DNA of 64,000 nucleotides from Polyangiaceae bacterium. Lineage in GTDB: Bacteria > Myxococcota_A > Polyangia > Polyangiales > Polyangiaceae. Shown here piece after piece: positions 58,799 to 64,000 of the stretch. The notes under the pieces were generated by a model, which was not told the DNA's origin, searched no databases, and saw only the letters and a program-made list of their open reading frames with translations. The translations under genes and the position numbers were made by a program. Position 1 is the first letter of the stretch. Each line of letters begins with the position of its first letter. The stretch is from positions 4,934 to 68,933 of the forward strand of contig JBEKFX010000001.1 in assembly GCA_050013115.1 (NCBI GenBank), given 5' to 3'.

Positions 58799-60058
58799 GT
58801 GAGCAACTCCATCCCCATCCAACTCCAGTCTGTCCGCCCTGACTCACCGTCCGACGCGGTCACCACATACTTCGAGCAACTCGCTCGCGTGCCCCTTCTA
58901 ACGCGCGAAGGCGAGGTCGACCTTGCAAAGCGAATCGAAGACGGGGAACGTCAGGCGCTGTGCGCGATCGTGGGTTCCCCCATCGGCGCCCGCGAGCTCA
59001 GTGTGCTCGGCCGCGCCCTGCGCGATCGCAAGGCTCGATTGCGCGAGGTGACGCGGGCGACCATCGAAGACGACGGGGGCGACGAAGAGGACGGCACCGT
59101 GCGCGCCATTGCGGAAACGCTGGAGCGAGCTGGCTCCGTGGCCCGGACTCGGCGCGTCTCCGCGAAGGTTCGCGACGATGTCGTTGAGGCCCTCCTCGAG
59201 GTCCGGCTGACCCGACGTGCGTTCGATCGCATCGCAGCACGCATTCGTGCGGGGCGAGACGGCCTGCCTGTCACGCGCAAGCGCGCACTCGACGCGACGC
59301 TCGGCGCCATCCGATCAGGTGAGGCGAAGGCCGAGCGGGCAAAGGCTGACCTCATTGCAGCGAACCTCAGGCTCGTCGTCTCAATCGCCAAGCGTTATCG
59401 GAATCGAGGCCTGCATCTGCTCGATCTCATCCAGGAGGGAAACCTCGGTCTGATGCGGGCGGTCGACAAATTCGAATACAAGCGCGGGTACAAGTTCAGT
59501 ACCTATGCGAGCTGGTGGATCCGCCAGAGCGTCAGCCGCGCAATCAGCGATCAGGCGCGAACCATTCGCATCCCCGTCCACATGGTGGAGACGCACAACA
59601 AGCTTTCGAAAACATTGCGGGACATGGTCCAGGAAGGCGGCGAAGAGCCGACGCCCGAGCAAATTGCGGCGCGTATGAACGTGCCCGTCGAGAAGATTCG
59701 TATGCTTCTCGAGGCCACGCGCGATCCCGTCAGCCTCGATTCGCCCGTTGGCGAAGACGGTGGCGCAACGATTGGTGACTTCGTCGAGGATCTGTCGTTT
59801 CCCGCACCGGATGACGCGGTCGGTGACAAGGAGCTTTCGCACGAAACGCGGGAGCTCCTCAAGCTCCTCACCCCCCGCGAGGAGCAGGTCCTCCGAATGC
59901 GCTTTGGAATCGATGCGCCCGGCGACCAAACGCTCGAGGACGTCGGCAAGAGTTTCGAGCTGACTCGCGAGCGCATCCGCCAAATCGAGACGAAGGCGCT
60001 ACGCAAACTTCGCCTCCCGTCGTTTCACCGCAAGCTCAAAGTCCACATCGAGAGGTAG
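58799..60058 (+). CDS. sigma-70 family RNA polymerase sigma factor, group-2-like (no region 1.1 or long spacer)
   Basis: [97 protein letters not shown]. 419 aa. GTG start. Confidence 0.85.
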   Translation: MSNSIPIQLQSVRPDSPSDAVTTYFEQLARVPLLTREGEVDLAKRIEDGERQALCAIVGSPIGARELSVLGRALRDRKARLREVTRATIEDDGGDEEDGTVRAIAETLERAGSVARTRRVSAKVRDDVVEALLEVRLTRRAFDRIAARIRAGRDGLPVTRKRALDATLGAIRSGEAKAERAKADLIAANLRLVVSIAKRYRNRGLHLLDLIQEGNLGLMRAVDKFEYKRGYKFSTYASWWIRQSVSRAISDQARTIRIPVHMVETHNKLSKTLRDMVQEGGEEPTPEQIAARMNVPVEKIRMLLEATRDPVSLDSPVGEDGGATIGDFVEDLSFPAPDDAVGDKELSHETRELLKLLTPREEQVLRMRFGIDAPGDQTLEDVGKSFELTRERIRQIETKALRKLRLPSFHRKLKVHIER

Positions 60059-60079
60059 TCCTTGGGGGCGCGCGGCGCT

Positions 60080-62104
60080 CTAGCGTGCCCGCCTGAACAG
60101 TCCGGCGTCCAGACGAATGCCGCGCGCTGCAAAGTCACTCGCCAACCGCGGCGTTGCTCCGGTCACCATGAAGGCCGGCTCACCGATGGCATCGGCGTTC
60201 GACGTGAAGAGGTCGCGTACCCCAATCGCGCGCCCGCCCTCGGACCCGGCCAGCTCGGCGATCCGGTGGACTCGGCTCGTGCCTTCCTCGGCTCCGCGGC
60301 CTACTTCGAGTACCGCGTCGAACGCCTCGGAGACGGCCTCGCGGGCCGCTTCCGCGGAGACGCCCGGTTTCTCCAGGGCGATCTGCGAGGCGGTGCGCGC
60401 CAAGCCATGTCGCAGAGTGGGGGCGACAACACCCGCTACGATGCCTTCAAGGCCCTCGGCAATGGCATCCACGACGGCCGCGGCCGAGAGCGCGCCACCC
60501 AATCGGCCAATTCCGACATGCTTGGCTCCGAGCCGCGCCACGATGGAAAGAGCGCCTTGCCGTTGGCGTCCATCGAGGACCACAATCTCGGCTGACGGAA
60601 CGACGATCTCGTCCAGGTCCTGAAATACCGCCGAGCGATCGCCAGCGGGCGCGCTCGCCAAAAGCGCGGCAATGACCGGCGCGACGATCGTCAAACTCGA
60701 GCCCACCACAAGAAGATTCGCCCGGCCGTGAACGCACGCCTCGAGAAAGGCTTGCATCGCATGCGACATGGCACCTGCGCGAACGAGGGCATCGAGCGTC
60801 ATCTCAATGCGACGCGGTTTCCGGATCGTGATGACCCACGACTTTGTCGCCGGCGGCCCCAAGGCCATGAGCTGCTCGCCATGGGCGAGGCGACGCTCGA
60901 CCACCGCCTCGCCTGCGCGCAATGGCTCGCCCGACTGGCTCGCCAGGCGGGAAAGCACACGCCACACGGCCTTTTCATTCGTAAAGCCGGGTTCGACACG
61001 CGTCGCGCGACCCTTCTTGATGACAAGAACGCGATCCGGATGGTCGACGTGAATCTCGCTTGTCTCCTCGTCGCCGAGCGGGGCGCCCAGCGGTCCCAAC
61101 CCGGCAATCTCGCGAACGGCGTCCGCCACGAGAAGGTCGACGTCGACCCCTTCGGGCGCCTCCCCTTCTGCTTGCATCGCCTGCGCCTGGTCGCGGGCGA
61201 TGCGCTCGATGGCGTCGAGCCCTTCGGGCGCCTCCCCTTCTGCTTGCATCGCCTGCGCCTGGCCGCGGGCGATGCGCTCGATGGCAGCGAGGTGGCGTTC
61301 CCCATGGTCGGCCACCAGCGGTGCATCGACGCCGGCCCGCTCGAGCGCGTCACCGATTCGGCTGACCAGCGTCACGAAAGCAACCCGTCGAGCCTTCGGG
61401 TCGGGCGCTTCGCGCAACTCAGGAGCTTGGCCAGCCGCCAAACGACTCGCGCTGGGCGGCCCGGCGCGGTGGGGCGTCGCGCCGACGCGATCGAGGCCTG
61501 CAGGGCGCAAACGCAGGTCGACGGCCTGCGGAAGCCGGGGTGGCCCGGGAAGCGACGGAACGGCGGCTCCGGCAAGCCCGGGGGCGCTTTCGCTGTCGGG
61601 ATCTTGCTCGAGCGGATAATGGCTGACGTTTTGACCGTCTGCCGAGCGTGGAGCGGCGGGGATCGAGACCGGCGCGGGCCCATTCACAGGGGCCGCCGGC
61701 TGAGACGCGGCGTCCGGGGTCGCAGCCGGCACGACCGGCTCTTGGGCGGACGAGCCGCGCTGAGGTTCGGCCGCTCCGTCCGTCGAGCTCTGAGCGACGG
61801 CGGCCGTCGCGAACTGGGCGGCCTCCAGCCGCAACACAAAATCGCCCACGTAGATCTTGTCACCCTCGCGGACCATGGTCGCTTGAGAAATCTTGCGACC
61901 GTTGACGTACGTGCCATTGGTGCTGCGAAGGTCGGTGACGATGAAGCGGCCATCGCGCGAGAGCAATCGAGCGTGATGTTTCGACACGTTGCCTTTCGGC
62001 AGCATGAGGTCGTTTCCCTGCACCCGTCCGACGCTGATCTCGTTCTTGTCGAAAGCCTCACGCCGCTCGGCGCCCCCCTTCTCGCTGATGACGATCGTGA
62101 ACAT
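60080..62104 (-). CDS. FHA-domain protein fused to a degenerate CpaF/VirB11-like secretion-ATPase core
   Basis: N-terminus VGRVQGNDLMLPKGNVSKHHARL..TDLRSTNGTYVNG (FHA). Pro/Ala-rich linker and 2 x 24-aa repeat. C-terminal region is colinear with T2SSE/CpaF ATPases but the Walker A position reads LLVVGSSLTIVAPVIAAL. Confidence 0.75.
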   Translation of the reverse strand: MFTIVISEKGGAERREAFDKNEISVGRVQGNDLMLPKGNVSKHHARLLSRDGRFIVTDLRSTNGTYVNGRKISQATMVREGDKIYVGDFVLRLEAAQFATAAVAQSSTDGAAEPQRGSSAQEPVVPAATPDAASQPAAPVNGPAPVSIPAAPRSADGQNVSHYPLEQDPDSESAPGLAGAAVPSLPGPPRLPQAVDLRLRPAGLDRVGATPHRAGPPSASRLAAGQAPELREAPDPKARRVAFVTLVSRIGDALERAGVDAPLVADHGERHLAAIERIARGQAQAMQAEGEAPEGLDAIERIARDQAQAMQAEGEAPEGVDVDLLVADAVREIAGLGPLGAPLGDEETSEIHVDHPDRVLVIKKGRATRVEPGFTNEKAVWRVLSRLASQSGEPLRAGEAVVERRLAHGEQLMALGPPATKSWVITIRKPRRIEMTLDALVRAGAMSHAMQAFLEACVHGRANLLVVGSSLTIVAPVIAALLASAPAGDRSAVFQDLDEIVVPSAEIVVLDGRQRQGALSIVARLGAKHVGIGRLGGALSAAAVVDAIAEGLEGIVAGVVAPTLRHGLARTASQIALEKPGVSAEAAREAVSEAFDAVLEVGRGAEEGTSRVHRIAELAGSEGGRAIGVRDLFTSNADAIGEPAFMVTGATPRLASDFAARGIRLDAGLFRRAR
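61148..61291 (-). repeat. 2 x 72-bp in-frame tandem duplication inside the FHA/ATPase-like gene
   Basis: 61148-61219 and 61220-61291 differ at about 3 positions. On the coding strand they encode IERIARGQAQAMQAEGEAPEGLDA / IERIARDQAQAMQAEGEAPEGVDV. Confidence 0.95.
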
Positions 62105-62262
62105 GCAGGTTCTCGGGCCCAGACACCAAGCGGCGTCAATTGTCGAAGGAGCGTGCCGAACCTGTCAACCGTTGCCCACGACAGGGGCGCCCGACGAGGA
62201 TCGCGCGTCGCGCCTGCGCGCACCCATGACAGCAAGCCGCGCCGCCAACCACCCTGGACGCG

Positions 62263-62538
62263 CTACTTGCGGACCCTTGCGGCAGCCGTGGCGCCCGGAG
62301 AGTTCGAGCGGACCTCGATCGCGACGTGTTCAAGGAGTTCCCCCGCCAGGGCCATCACGTCCCGCGCCTCGTACCCACTGCTCCGAAGCTCCCGATAGAT
62401 CGTCTTAGCAAGGATGGAGAGGGCCCGCGAATCTCGTGCGCCCGGGGTTTCACCGAAAGGTAGAGCCATGGGTTTCGTGCGGACCGGCCCGGCGGCGATC
62501 TCGTCTGTCGACGCCGCCGATTCGGACATGCTGGACAT
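62263..62538 (-). CDS. small hypothetical protein (about 91 aa; start uncertain)
   Basis: GC3-biased frame (24 of 31 third positions sampled are G/C) ending 158 nt upstream of the FHA gene on the same strand. ATGs at 62538, 62529 and 62469. No family recognised. Confidence 0.35.
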   Translation of the reverse strand: MSSMSESAASTDEIAAGPVRTKPMALPFGETPGARDSRALSILAKTIYRELRSSGYEARDVMALAGELLEHVAIEVRSNSPGATAAARVRK

Positions 62539-62720
62539 CCGTATACAAAGAATATGCCGCAAGGTGCGGCAGGTCGGACAGCTCATTCCAGCGCGTATCT
62601 CGTCTCGGACGCGAAGATTGCTGCGCAAGCGGGGCGCGTACGCGAAGGTTAATTCGCGGCTCATCGGAGCCGTCGACACCATCGCCGACGTCGATGCGCG
62701 GGTGATAGCTTGCGCGCTGC

Positions 62721-64000
62721 ATGTCGAGCTCCGATCCTCTCTCGAGCGCCAAGAGGGACGCCCGCGCCAGCGACGGGATCCGTACGCGTGCGAAGCCTGC
62801 TTGGCTCAAGCAAGACTCGCGGTTGAGGCGCCTCGCCATCGCGCTGGGCATTTACGTCGTGACGACGGGCATCTTTATGCTCTTCGCAGGGTCCGCGCGC
62901 CTGACTGAACATACCCCCTTCAATCACTACGCCCTCTTGGCCGACGCCTGGCTTCATGGCCGCCAAGACCTCGCCAACGGTCCGCCCCCGTACTCGATGC
63001 ACAACGATTTTGCAGAATTCAACGGCAAAACGTACATTAGCTTTCCTCCGTTCCCCGCCCTCCTGATGCTGCCGTGGGTGAAGCTCGCCGGTTCGCCCGA
63101 GCGCTTTCTCGACGGGCAATTCGCCATCGAACTGGCCGGCATCGCGCCAGCGACGCTTTGGCTCGTCCTCGAGAAGTTGCGGCGCACGGGTCGCTCGCCC
63201 CGAAGCGAGCGCGAAAATCTTGTCCTTTCCTTGCTCTACGCGTTCGGAACGGTCTATTTCTTCACGGCGGTCGAGGGAACCGTTTGGTTCGTTGCAAACG
63301 TCACCGGCGCCGGGCTCTTGGGTCTCTATTCCCTCTTTGCGCTCGATGCCGAGAATCCGGCCCTCGCCGGCGTGATGATGGGGTGCGCCTATCTCACGCG
63401 GCCACAAATCGTGCTGGCCGCTCCGCTCTTCGCTCTTGAGGCCATTCGCGTTCACTCCGGCGAAAGGCTCTCAGTAGCGGGAAACCCGCTCGCCAAGCTG
63501 CAGGCGATCATTCAACGCCTCGACCGCCGTGGCCTTCTCCTCGACTTCGGTGCCTTCGCAACGCCCATTGTCGCCGCGTTCGGCATTCTCGCTTGGATGA
63601 ACGCCGCTCGCTTCGGACAGGCCAATCCATTTTTGTTCGGCCACGAATTTTTGACCGTGGGCTGGCATGGACGGATCCTCAAGTGGGGTCTCCTTGGCTA
63701 TCACTACCTCGCCAAGAACATGGGCATCGCCTTCACCAGCCTGCCGTGGCTACCGCCGGGCACGGGCTGGCCGGCCAACGCGGCGCCTTTCCAGATCAAC
63801 GAGCACGGTCTGGCGGTCTGGTTTACGACGCCGATCTACTTGTGGATCCTCTGGCCGAATACGTCGGCCAAAGACGTCGACCGACATTGGTTATATGCGC
63901 TCATCGCTATTTCCGCAGCGCTCCCGGCCGTGTTTGACCTTCTCTACCAGAACTCCGGATGGCGGCAGTTCGGGTACCGCTTTTCCAACGACTACTCGCT
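62721..64000 (+). CDS. polytopic membrane protein, GT-C-like glycosyltransferase (ArnT/PMT_2-like), 3' end outside window
   Basis: Not in the supplied ORF track because it has no stop in the window. Hand translation in frame 3 from ATG 62721 (in-frame TAG at 62706) runs uninterrupted to nt 64000: MSSSDPLSSAKRD..LAIALGIYVVTTGIFMLFAG..FNHYALLADAWLHGR..FPPFPALLMLPWV..YLTRPQIVLAAPLF..QNSGWRQFGYRFSNDYS. It has many hydrophobic and aromatic segments. The family call is by resemblance only. Confidence 0.6.
   Translation, partial: MSSSDPLSSAKRDARASDGIRTRAKPAWLKQDSRLRRLAIALGIYVVTTGIFMLFAGSARLTEHTPFNHYALLADAWLHGRQDLANGPPPYSMHNDFAEFNGKTYISFPPFPALLMLPWVKLAGSPERFLDGQFAIELAGIAPATLWLVLEKLRRTGRSPRSERENLVLSLLYAFGTVYFFTAVEGTVWFVANVTGAGLLGLYSLFALDAENPALAGVMMGCAYLTRPQIVLAAPLFALEAIRVHSGERLSVAGNPLAKLQAIIQRLDRRGLLLDFGAFATPIVAAFGILAWMNAARFGQANPFLFGHEFLTVGWHGRILKWGLLGYHYLAKNMGIAFTSLPWLPPGTGWPANAAPFQINEHGLAVWFTTPIYLWILWPNTSAKDVDRHWLYALIAISAALPAVFDLLYQNSGWRQFGYRFSNDYS

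Noticed and set aside
60728-62398. 556-aa plus-strand ORF
   Set aside because: It is antisense to the FHA/ATPase-like gene and Arg-rich. Its internal repeat merely mirrors the 72-bp duplication.

Overview
High-GC (about 68-70%) bacterial chromosome segment. Gene content (Ser/Thr kinase with DUF4388-like tail, FHA, TPR, MCE and PP2C proteins) suggests Myxococcota, but that is inference only. The window looks like densely packed core genome, not an island. I see no tRNA or rRNA genes, CRISPR arrays, integrases or transposases. I call about 53 CDS. Recognisable housekeeping genes are gatB, ftsB, frr, guaB, lipB, glnE, hemE, hemH, metY, metA, type II thrB, yceD-rpmF-fabD-fabG-acpP-fabF, nrdR-ribD, def and a group-2-like sigma-70. 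Many neighbours share stop/start overlaps: TGATG at 1786, ATGA at 13324, 47807 and 56856, GTGA at 17266 and 40822. These define tight operons. The six-frame track holds many long Arg/Ala/Gly/Pro-rich antisense or off-frame ORFs typical of high-GC DNA, which I rejected. It also misses one real ORF, open at the 3' end of the window (62721 to beyond 64000, a GT-C-like membrane protein). The items most worth a second look are listed here in order of interest. (1) A single-ORF fusion of an RlmC-like m5U methyltransferase and an RluA-like pseudouridine synthase. (2) An operon of a tetrahaem lipoprotein, a Tat-exported DUF362 protein and a NapH-like polyferredoxin, directly upstream of hemE-hemH. (3) An FHA protein fused to a CpaF-like ATPase core with every catalytic box degenerate. 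(4) An M48 protease translationally coupled to a lone bacterial dynamin-like protein. (5) A HARE-HTH / acidic tail / poly-Arg / Mrr-like protein coupled to a secreted two-module protein. (6) Two acyl-CoA mutase large subunits with non-canonical specificity residues and no small subunit or MeaB nearby. (7) An operon holding a thioester-reductase-like SDR that lacks its catalytic residues. (8) Three near-perfect tandem duplications of 39, 100 and 72 bp. All family assignments come from motifs recognised by eye; no searches were run.
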